From contig CAZCAI010000145.1 of NCBI GenBank assembly GCA_964496595.1, forward strand, positions 1-11,573: a stretch of 11,573 nt of DNA. Reading direction: 5' to 3'. Numbering within the stretch: the first letter of the stretch is position 1; each line of letters opens with the position of its first letter. The notes under the pieces were generated by a model. It was not told the DNA's origin, ran no database searches, and worked only from the letters and a program-made list of their open reading frames with translations. Shown in pieces: positions 1 to 6,251 of the stretch. The translations under genes and the position numbers were made by a program. This DNA comes from an uncultured Anaerolineales bacterium. Lineage in GTDB: Bacteria; Chloroflexota; Anaerolineae; B4-G1; SLSP01.

Positions 1-53
1 AACTTGTAACTTGCAACTTGTAACTTGCAACTTGTAACTTGTAACTTGCAACT
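1..53. repeat. Tandem heptanucleotide repeat (AACTTGY) x about 7.5. Units are aacttgt/aacttgc. The array begins at the window edge and may extend further upstream.
   Basis: Read directly: units at 1-7, 8-14, 15-21, 22-28, 29-35, 36-42 and 43-49, plus a partial unit at 50-53. It ends 11 nt before the GGGAGG RBS of the first CDS. Confidence 0.9.
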
Positions 54-73
54 ATTCCCCCCCGGGAGGCAAC

Positions 74-793
74 GTGCATCTATCGGTCGCGGTGAGCAAA
101 GTCAACAAATGGGCCGTGCGCAAGGGCGGCGATACTCTAGAGATGATCGAGCGGCCCGATGGCGGTCTCTCCCTGGTCTTGGCCGATGGTCAAAGCTCCG
201 GCCCCGGGGCCAAAGCCGTCAGCATCGTCGTGGTGCGCAAAGTGATCACCGAGCTGGCTGATGGCGTCCGCGACGGCGCGGCGGCGCGCGCGGCCAACGA
301 CTCGCTCTACGTGCGCTATCGAGGGCGCGTCTCCGCGACCTTAGTCATCCTCTCCGTCGATATGGCGAGCTACTCGCTGGTCATCACGCGCTTTGGCGAT
401 CCCCCCATCTACGTGCGATCGCTGGAGAATGGCGTGGGGGCGCTGCGTCGCCTGGCGGGCGCAGCGCCGGCGCTGGGCTTCCATCGCCACGTGCGCCCCG
501 CCGTGGATGAACTACCCTTGCATCCGGGCCTCGTGGCGTGCGCCTTCACCGACGGCCTGATCCATGCCGGCGCGCGCACCGGGCGCGAGATGGACATCCA
601 GGCCGCGATTGACGAGATCTGGATGGCGGAACCCTCGGCGCAGGCGCTGGCGGATCGTCTCCTCCAGCGCGCGCTGGCGTTAGATGATGGCCGTCCGACC
701 GATGACACCAGCATCGCCGTCTTGCAAATCGAAGAGGGCGAGGGCACCGGACCGCGTTACCTCACCGCCGAGATGCCCGTGCCGGACGTTTGA
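74..793 (+). CDS. PP2C-family (SpoIIE/RsbU-like) serine/threonine phosphatase, stand-alone catalytic domain.
   Basis: GTG start at 74, preceded by GGGAGG at 64-69. The translation has SpoIIE-family hallmarks: GGD..E...PDGGLSLVLADGQSSGPGAKAVS (metal-binding ADG.G.G motif), FTDGLIHA (the YTDG..E motif) and a C-terminal DDTSIAVLQI (the DD.T.. ending). GC3 is high. Confidence 0.75.
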   Translation: MHLSVAVSKVNKWAVRKGGDTLEMIERPDGGLSLVLADGQSSGPGAKAVSIVVVRKVITELADGVRDGAAARAANDSLYVRYRGRVSATLVILSVDMASYSLVITRFGDPPIYVRSLENGVGALRRLAGAAPALGFHRHVRPAVDELPLHPGLVACAFTDGLIHAGARTGREMDIQAAIDEIWMAEPSAQALADRLLQRALALDDGRPTDDTSIAVLQIEEGEGTGPRYLTAEMPVPDV

Positions 794-1182
794 CATTGTC
801 GAACGCATCCCGCTTGATCGGTATTGTGGGGCCGTGCTCCTCCGGCAAATCGACGACGGCGGAGGGTTTGCGGGAGGCTGGCTATCGCATCAAAGAAATT
901 CGCCAGGAGCACTGCGCGATGCCATCGATGTGGCAGCGGCTCACCCATCCCGATATTTTGATCTATTTAGATGTGTCGATGGCGGAGGCGGCGCGGCGCG
1001 AGGGGCTGGACAAGTCTTCTTCCTGGTGGATCGAGGAGCGCGAAGTGCGCCTGGCCCACGCCCGTCAACATTGTGATCTCTACATTGATACTACTCATTT
1101 ATCCCCCAAGGAGGTGCTGGATCGAATTTTGAGTTATCTGGAGGATAGGACTTTTCCATTCTTGCTCGAAGGGGATCGATAG
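790..1182 (+). CDS. Small (about 130 aa) P-loop NTPase, nucleotide/shikimate-kinase-like. Walker A motif GPCSSGKST.
   Basis: TTG start at 790-792 overlaps the TGA stop (791-793) of the phosphatase gene, which suggests translational coupling. Alternative in-frame starts are TTG 796 and TTG 814. The Walker A motif is IGIVGPCSSGKST, and the C-terminal LYIDTTHLSPKEVLDRILSYL resembles the tail of small nucleotide kinases. The exact start is uncertain. Confidence 0.6.
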   Translation: MTLSNASRLIGIVGPCSSGKSTTAEGLREAGYRIKEIRQEHCAMPSMWQRLTHPDILIYLDVSMAEAARREGLDKSSSWWIEEREVRLAHARQHCDLYIDTTHLSPKEVLDRILSYLEDRTFPFLLEGDR

Positions 1183-1189
1183 ATCTCCC

Positions 1190-1219
1190 TTTCACGCGCG
1201 CAAGACGAATTTTTCACGC
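1190..1219 (+). promoter_or_regulatory. Direct repeat TTTCACGC x2 (1190-1197 and 1212-1219, 22 nt centre to centre) in the 60-nt gap upstream of the flotillin gene. Possible regulator site.
   Basis: Read directly. No convincing -35/-10 pair was found here, so the flotillin gene may be co-transcribed with the two upstream genes. Confidence 0.2.
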
Positions 1220-1242
1220 AATGCACATAGCGAGGAGTTGCC

Positions 1243-3498
1243 ATGGCTAAACAATCACAACCAATGCGGGATCAAGCGGATCAACAAATATCTCAGGGTC
1301 TGAATCAGCTCGAGGGCCGGGCGGCGCACACGATTGGGGAAGCGACGGCCACCTTAGAGATGTTGCGCACCAAGACGGATCGCGTCCGCGGGCTGATGGG
1401 GTTGTTCGGGTTTGGGCGGCGGATTTTGGTGCCGCCGGATGAAATTCACGTCGTCGTTGGCGACGGGCGGCATAGCCTGATCGCCTCTAAGCACAGTCAT
1501 GTCTTCGGTCAGACGGCGGATCGCGCGTCGATCTATTGGCTGAATCGGCTGACGCAGGTCATCAAGCTGAAGACCATCAGCTTTACCGTGCCCATTCGCG
1601 GCGCGGATGATGACGGCGTCCACGCCTTAGATAGCAGCAAGGTGAGCTTTAAGCTCTGGGCGCACGCCGTCGCCAAGCTGAACCCCGATAAAGCCGAAAT
1701 CGCCGCGCAGCGCGTCGGCTTGGACGCCACCAGCCTCATCAACACCATTACCGAGGTCGGCACGGCGGAGTTGGTCGCGGCCGGCGCGACGATGACCTTA
1801 GAGGAGATCATCGCCAACCACCAAAGGCTGGCCGAGATTGCCTTCCCGCAGGTCAACCAGATTCTCTCGGAACTGGGCTACGATCTGGCGCTGCTGACTA
1901 TCACCAAATTAGATGGCGTCGCCTATCGCAAGTTAGTCAATCAGGCCGAAGCTCGGATCTCCAAGGAGACCAGCATCGCCACCAACCGCGAGCAGGTCGC
2001 CGAGTTGCAGGATGACGAGGCGCGCCAGCGGCAGGAGGCCGAGATCAAGGCCGAGACGGAGAAGAAGTTAGCCGCCGAGCGGCTGGAGGCGGAGCGCGAG
2101 GTCGAGACCGCGACGCTCAATCAGCAGGAGAACTTGGCCGTCAAGCGGCACGAGGTGCAATTGCGCCACGTCTCGCGTGAGCAGGAGCAAGCGCGCGCGG
2201 GCCACGAAGTGGCGATGGAGAAGGTGGGGCTGGGGCGTCAGCAATCCGAGGCGGAGGTCGAGCGGGATGCTGAGTTGGAGCGCTTGAAGGCCGAGCGCCG
2301 GGCCGAGATCAATTTGGCCGAAACCGAGTCCGACGCGGATCGGTTGGCGCTAGAGCAGAAGCGTCAGATCGAGCGCGACGCGGAGCGGACGGAGGCGGAG
2401 GCCAGGCGCCTGCGCGAAGAAGAGTTGGCCGCCGCGCAGCGCGCCAAGGAGGTCGCGCTGGTGGAGGCGGAGCAGTTGGCCGAGTCGATGCGGATGGAGG
2501 CCGATGCCGAGACGAAAGCCGCGCTCGTCCGCGCCGAGGCAGAGACGAAGGCGGAGTTGATCCGCGCGGATGCGGAGGCGAACGCCACCGAGAAGCGCGC
2601 CAATGCGGCGAAGATCCGCGCCGAGGCGACGCGGGCCGAGACCGCCGCGCCGGGCCTGGCGGAGGCGGAGGTCGCAGCCGCGCGCGTCGAGGTCTCCGAG
2701 AAGCAGATCGCCGTCAACCGCGCCGAGGGTCTGGCCCAGGCCGAGGTCGCCAAGGCGCAGGCGGAAGCCGACGCCGACCGCGAGCGCCGGCTCAAAGAGG
2801 TCGAGATCGAGGCGCAGCGCCAACTGGTCGAACTCTATGACAAGGCGCCGGTCTTGGTAGAGATGGAGAAGCTCCGCATGCAGTACGAGCACGAGCGCGA
2901 ACTGACCCAAGTCCAGATGGAGACCTATCTCCAGGCATTCGAGGCGTTGGCGCCCAGCATGGAAGTGCGCATCTACGGCGGCGGGGATCAGACCACGCGC
3001 ATCATCACCGAGTTGATGCAACTCGCGCAGGGCGTGCGTTATCTGGGCGCGGAGGCGCCGGTGGTCGGGCGCATCTTAGAGGGCAAATCTGGGGTTCAAC
3101 AGCCGCTCTTCTCGCGGCTCTCTCATCTGGGGCCGTACTTCGAGGAGGCCGTGGCCGATATGAACCCGCGCATCTTCTCCAGCCTGCAGTTGGCCGACCT
3201 GATGGAGCGGCTGATGCCGGTCGTCGCCGGGCAGGAGGACATCGTCGCCGCGCTGAACCATCTCAAATCGGACGCGAGTTTCCGCGTGGTGGGCAACCTG
3301 CCCGTCGCGCCGCTCTTCCGCTTGTTGGGATTGGAGACGCCGCAATCTGGCCCCTCGGATATGATGATGGCCGGGGAAGAGGCGGCGAGCGAAGCCGAAG
3401 CAGAAGCCGAAGCAGAAGCCGAGGGCGAGGAAACAGCGGGTGAATCTGACATCGAGGCCTCGGAGGAAGCTGCCGGCCTCGATGCGCGGACGCCGTAA
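1243..3498 (+). CDS. Flotillin/SPFH (band 7) family protein of 751 aa. It has a very long Glu/Ala/Arg-rich coiled coil and an acidic EAEAEA tail, and no obvious N-terminal transmembrane hairpin.
   Basis: ATG at 1243 with GAGGAG at 1232-1237. The SPFH core is VPPDEIHVVVGDG...KLKTISFTVPIRGADDDGVHALDSSKVSFKLWAHAV...TMTLEEIIANHQRLAEIAFPQVNQILSELGYDLALLTITKLDG. It is followed by about 300 aa of EA/ER heptad-like repeats (the flotillin domain) and then the flotillin C-terminal-like MEVRIYGGGDQTTRIITELMQ. There is an extra tail of about 170 aa, including (GAAGCMGAAGCA)n at 3391-3423 encoding EAEAEAEAEAE. Confidence 0.8.
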   Translation: MAKQSQPMRDQADQQISQGLNQLEGRAAHTIGEATATLEMLRTKTDRVRGLMGLFGFGRRILVPPDEIHVVVGDGRHSLIASKHSHVFGQTADRASIYWLNRLTQVIKLKTISFTVPIRGADDDGVHALDSSKVSFKLWAHAVAKLNPDKAEIAAQRVGLDATSLINTITEVGTAELVAAGATMTLEEIIANHQRLAEIAFPQVNQILSELGYDLALLTITKLDGVAYRKLVNQAEARISKETSIATNREQVAELQDDEARQRQEAEIKAETEKKLAAERLEAEREVETATLNQQENLAVKRHEVQLRHVSREQEQARAGHEVAMEKVGLGRQQSEAEVERDAELERLKAERRAEINLAETESDADRLALEQKRQIERDAERTEAEARRLREEELAAAQRAKEVALVEAEQLAESMRMEADAETKAALVRAEAETKAELIRADAEANATEKRANAAKIRAEATRAETAAPGLAEAEVAAARVEVSEKQIAVNRAEGLAQAEVAKAQAEADADRERRLKEVEIEAQRQLVELYDKAPVLVEMEKLRMQYEHERELTQVQMETYLQAFEALAPSMEVRIYGGGDQTTRIITELMQLAQGVRYLGAEAPVVGRILEGKSGVQQPLFSRLSHLGPYFEEAVADMNPRIFSSLQLADLMERLMPVVAGQEDIVAALNHLKSDASFRVVGNLPVAPLFRLLGLETPQSGPSDMMMAGEEAASEAEAEAEAEAEGEETAGESDIEASEEAAGLDARTP
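3391..3423 (+). repeat. 12-nt tandem repeat gaagccgaagca x about 2.7, inside the flotillin 3' end. It encodes the EAEAEAEAEAE tail.
   Basis: Read directly. It is low-complexity coding sequence and prone to slippage. Confidence 0.8.
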
Positions 3499-3552
3499 GT
3501 TATTCTGAGGTATATCAGAACGAAGCGATTGGACGTAGATAGAGCAGATACA

Positions 3553-3577
3553 GGGCGCGCCACGGCGCGCCCTTTCT
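3553..3577 (+). terminator. Rho-independent terminator downstream of the flotillin gene.
   Basis: GGGCGCGC (3553-3560), loop CACG, GCGCGCCC (3565-3572), then TTTCT. It lies 55 nt after the TAA stop. A smaller hairpin TTCTGA-N6-TCAGAA sits at 3503-3520. Confidence 0.7.
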
Positions 3578-3584
3578 GCCCCCT

Positions 3585-3601
3585 GTTCGTAGTCAGGCAC
3601 G
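3585..3601. repeat. 17-bp direct repeat GTTCGTAGTCAGGCACG, copy 1 of 2, lying 31 nt upstream of the mobB start.
   Basis: It is identical to 4123-4139. Read directly. Confidence 0.9.
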
Positions 3602-3631
3602 CAATGGAATGGAGTGCCGTAGGAGGATTGG

Positions 3632-4150
3632 ATGTCCGATAATGAGATTCCCATCGTCGCCTTTGTGGGGCGCTCCGGCGCGGGGAAGACGACGCTGTTG
3701 GAGCGCGTGATCGCCGCCTTAGATGTGCGCGGCGTTCGCGTGGCCGTCGTCAAGCACACGCACCACACCGGCCTGGCGACCGATCTGCCCGGCACGGACT
3801 CGCGGCGGCTGTGGGAGGCCGGCGCGCAGCACACGACGCTCTGGGCGCCGGATCGCGTCGCGCACACGCATCGCACCGCGTCGCCGCCGACGCTGGCGAC
3901 GGTCTTGCGCGACATCCACGACGTCGATGTGATCCTGATCGAAGGGGATAAGCACGGCGCACTCCCCAAGATTGAGGTCGTGCGTGCGGCTGTTGATCTC
4001 GCGCTGCTGGATATCGAAGGGCGCATCGCGTGCGTCACGGACGCGCCAGACTTAGCGTGGGAGGGCCCGCGCTTCGGCTTCGATGACGCGGGCGTCGCGG
4101 CGCTGGCCGATTTTATCCACAAGTTCGTAGTCAGGCACGAAACGAAGTGA
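3632..4150 (+). CDS. mobB: MobB-like P-loop GTPase (molybdopterin-guanine dinucleotide biosynthesis protein B family).
   Basis: ATG at 3632 with AGGAGG at 3621-3626. IPIVAFVGRSGAGKTTLLERVIAAL...VAVVKHTHH...DVILIEGDKHGALPKIEV closely parallels E. coli MobB (AIAAWSGTGKTTLLKKLIPAL...GLIKHTHH...LILVEGFKHEEIAKIVL). Confidence 0.85.
   Translation: MSDNEIPIVAFVGRSGAGKTTLLERVIAALDVRGVRVAVVKHTHHTGLATDLPGTDSRRLWEAGAQHTTLWAPDRVAHTHRTASPPTLATVLRDIHDVDVILIEGDKHGALPKIEVVRAAVDLALLDIEGRIACVTDAPDLAWEGPRFGFDDAGVAALADFIHKFVVRHETK
4123..4139. repeat. 17-bp direct repeat GTTCGTAGTCAGGCACG, copy 2 of 2, inside the last codons of mobB (encoding KFVVRHE).
   Basis: It is identical to 3585-3601. Read directly. Confidence 0.9.
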
Positions 4151-4175
4151 TGCGCTATTTTAGATCGGAGGCGAC

Positions 4176-4580
4176 ATGGGCAAGTGGGAAGAAATAGATC
4201 ACACGGCGGATTTGGCGCTGCATCTCTGGGCGGATGACCTGGCCGCTCTCTTCATCACGGCGGCGCGGGGGATGTTCTCGCTGGTGGCGGCGCCGCAGGA
4301 GGAGGGGACATCGCGCGCGCTGGCGATTTCACTGACGGCGTTGGACGTCGAGACCTTGTTAGTCGATTGGTTGAACGAGCTACTCTATCTCTCCGAGACC
4401 GAATCGCTCGTCTTCACCGGCTATGAACTCTCACATCTCACGCCCACCGCCTTAGAGGCGACGGTCACCGGTAAACCCGTGGCGATGTATTATAATTATA
4501 TCAAGGCGGCGACCTTCCATAATCTCTCTGTGGATATGACGCCGGACGGCTATGAGACGGAGATTGTCTTTGATATATGA
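4176..4580 (+). CDS. Archease (RtcB activator/chaperone).
   Basis: ATG at 4176 with GGAGG at 4165-4169, 25 nt after the mobB stop. MGKWEEIDHTADLALHLWADDLAALF...LLVDWLNELLYLSE...ATFHNLSV...YETEIVFDI matches the archease signature (KWE..EHTAD at the N-terminus, LL..WL.ELLYL in the middle, VFDI at the C-terminus). Confidence 0.85.
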   Translation: MGKWEEIDHTADLALHLWADDLAALFITAARGMFSLVAAPQEEGTSRALAISLTALDVETLLVDWLNELLYLSETESLVFTGYELSHLTPTALEATVTGKPVAMYYNYIKAATFHNLSVDMTPDGYETEIVFDI

Positions 4581-4589
4581 GTTGGCATA

Positions 4590-4610
4590 GGTCGGGATGC
4601 CATCCCGACC
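4590..4610 (+). promoter_or_regulatory. Perfect 21-nt palindrome GGTCGGGATGcCATCCCGACC between archease and rtcB, with no following T-tract. Candidate operator or RNA stem-loop.
   Basis: Read directly. The arms are 10/10 complementary, centred on 4600, and the palindrome ends 14 nt upstream of the rtcB AGGAGG. Confidence 0.4.
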
Positions 4611-4635
4611 CAGGAGCTATTCAAAGGAGGGCGCG

Positions 4636-6087
4636 ATGGTACAAAAGAACCAGTTTAAGCAAATCGATGAGTACACGTGGGAGTTGCACAAGAACTATGA
4701 CAGCCGGATGCGGGCGCCGGTGCGCATTTACGGCAACCGCGAAATTTTCGATCAGGCCTTTGGGGATCACTCGATCCAGCAATTGATTAACGTCTCGATG
4801 TTGCCGGGGATTGTGAAGTACGCGATGGCGATGCCCGACATGCACCAGGGCTACGGCTTCCCGATTGGGGGCGTCGCGGCGTTCGATTATGACGAGGGGA
4901 TTATCTCGCCTGGCGGCGTTGGATATGATATCAACTGCGGCGTGCGCATGCTGGCCTCGAACATCGAGTTCGAGGAGATCAAGCCGCACTTGAACGACCT
5001 GACGACGATGCTCTACCAGAACTGCCCCAGCGGTCTGGGCGGCGATGGCGCGGTGCAAGTCTCGACGGCCGAGATGGACGAGTTGCTGGAGGATGGCTCG
5101 GAGTGGGCGCGCCATCAGGGCTACGCCACCCGCGATGATCGGGCCCGGACGGAGGGTGGGGGGCGGCTGCCCGGCGCTCGCGCCGACGCGGTACCCTATC
5201 GCGCCAGGCAGCGGGGATTGTCCCAGGTCGGATCGCTCGGCTCCGGCAACCACTTCCTGGAGATCGACGTGATCGACGCTGTCTACGACGAGGAGGTCGC
5301 GGCGGTCTTCGGCCTGACGGCGGGCCAGATTGTGGTGCAAATTCACTGCGGCTCGCGTGGGTTGGGCCACGAGGTCTGCTCGCAATACCTGCGTCGCTTG
5401 CAAGATGCCCCGCGCCGTTACGACATCCCCATCCCCGACCGTGAACTCGTCGCCGCGCCCATCGAATCTGAAGAGGGCCAGGCGTACTTCGCCGCGATGG
5501 CGGCGGCCGCGAACTACGCCTTCGTCAACCGGCAGGTGCTGGCCCACTTTGCGCGTCGCACCTTCGAGCAGGTGCTGGCCGGCAAGGTCAGCGATTGGCA
5601 TCTCCAGCAGGTCTACGATGTGACCCACAATATAGCCAAGATCGAGGAGCATCAGGTGGGATCGGTGCGAAAGAAGCTGATCGTTCACCGCAAGGGCGCG
5701 ACGCGTGCCTTCCCGCCCGGCCACCCGGAGCTTTCGGAGGTCTATCAGCCGACGGGGCAGCCGGTTCTCGTGCCCGGCTCGATGGGGACGGCCTCCTACG
5801 TGCTCGTGGGCACGCAGTCGGCGATGGAGCGCACCTTCGGATCGAGCTGTCACGGCGCCGGTCGAACGATGAGCCGGCGGCAGGCAAAGAAGAAGACGCG
5901 CGGGGAGCAGGTGCGTCAGGAGCTAAATCAGGAGGGGATCACGGTACGGGCCGGCAGCATGCGTGGCCTGGCGGAGGAGTCGCCCGTCGCCTACAAGGAT
6001 GTGGACGTGGTGGTGGATTCCGTCGTCGGCGCGGGGATCGCCCGCAAAGTCGCCCGCGTGCATCCCGTGGCGGTGATCAAGGGGTGA
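4636..6087 (+). CDS. rtcB: RNA-splicing ligase RtcB (3'-phosphate/5'-OH RNA ligase).
   Basis: I prefer ATG 4636 (AGGAGG at 4625-4630) over the longer 4597 start in the ORF track. Conserved RtcB blocks are present: MPDMHQGYGFPIGGV, GYDINCGVR (the Asp/Cys metal ligands), GSLGSGNHFLE, IHCGSRGLGHEV, NYAFVNRQ, THNIAKIEEH and SCHGAGRTMSR. Confidence 0.9.
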   Translation: MVQKNQFKQIDEYTWELHKNYDSRMRAPVRIYGNREIFDQAFGDHSIQQLINVSMLPGIVKYAMAMPDMHQGYGFPIGGVAAFDYDEGIISPGGVGYDINCGVRMLASNIEFEEIKPHLNDLTTMLYQNCPSGLGGDGAVQVSTAEMDELLEDGSEWARHQGYATRDDRARTEGGGRLPGARADAVPYRARQRGLSQVGSLGSGNHFLEIDVIDAVYDEEVAAVFGLTAGQIVVQIHCGSRGLGHEVCSQYLRRLQDAPRRYDIPIPDRELVAAPIESEEGQAYFAAMAAAANYAFVNRQVLAHFARRTFEQVLAGKVSDWHLQQVYDVTHNIAKIEEHQVGSVRKKLIVHRKGATRAFPPGHPELSEVYQPTGQPVLVPGSMGTASYVLVGTQSAMERTFGSSCHGAGRTMSRRQAKKKTRGEQVRQELNQEGITVRAGSMRGLAEESPVAYKDVDVVVDSVVGAGIARKVARVHPVAVIKG

Positions 6088-6191
6088 GCAGTTCGGTTTG
6101 TAGTTAGCCTCGAAGCGGAAGCGGAGTGGCGTTTTTCAGCGCTTCATTTCATTTGGCATTCCATTGCGCGGCGGATGCCTTGCTACGAAAA

Positions 6192-6251
6192 GGGGAATTG
6201 AGTGAAAGATTGCGGATGAATTTGGCTTGGGGGCGAGGACTAAGGCCTCTG
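6192..6251. repeat. Copy A of a repeated 46-60 nt element (GGGGAATTGAGTGAAAGAT...GGGGGCGAGGACTAAGGCCTCTG). It is the 5' part of a densely structured GC-rich non-coding block (6192-6370).
   Basis: Matches 11528-11573: GGGGAATTG(a/g)GTGAAAGAT, then an indel (A has an extra roughly 16 nt), then GGGGGCGAGGACTAA(a)GGCCTCTG. Downstream hairpins are CCTTCCTT-ctgc-AAGGAAGG (6271-6290), GGCGC-gtta-GCGCC and CGCGCC...GGCGCG. The strand of any transcript is unknown. Confidence 0.7.

Noticed and set aside
1-53. CRISPR array at the left edge
   Set aside because: It is a 7-nt unit with no spacers. It is a simple tandem repeat, not repeat-spacer architecture.
25-261. 78-aa plus-strand ORF starting inside the heptamer repeat, the 684-1076 + and 757-948 - ORFs, and the 409-747 - ORF
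   Set aside because: They are out of frame with, or antisense to, the phosphatase and P-loop genes. They have an Arg-rich shadow composition and no RBS.
2350-3021. Long antisense or alternative-frame ORFs inside the flotillin gene (2350-3021 -, 2364-2795 -, 2570-2860 +) and the 3076-4122 - and 3123-3563 - ORFs
   Set aside because: They lie entirely within or across better-supported genes. Their translations are low-complexity Arg/Leu/Ala/Ser strings typical of non-coding frames of GC-rich repetitive codons, and they have no RBS or motifs.
3553-3577. The GC hairpin after the flotillin gene as part of the mobB-flanking repeat system
   Set aside because: It has no counterpart near the second 17-mer and fits a standard intrinsic terminator (GC stem plus TTTCT). 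I treat it as independent.
4581-4610. Sigma54 promoter (TGGCAT...GGATGC) upstream of rtcB, by analogy to RtcR-regulated E. coli rtcBA
   Set aside because: The GG to GC spacing is 13 nt rather than the 10 required, and TTGCA is not matched. No rtcR-like gene is in the window.
4621-5853. 410-aa minus-strand ORF antisense to rtcB, plus small plus-frame ORFs 5045-5272, 5330-5623, 5588-5887 - and 5595-6107
   Set aside because: rtcB is unambiguous from conserved blocks. These are Arg/Pro-rich shadow ORFs of a high-GC gene.
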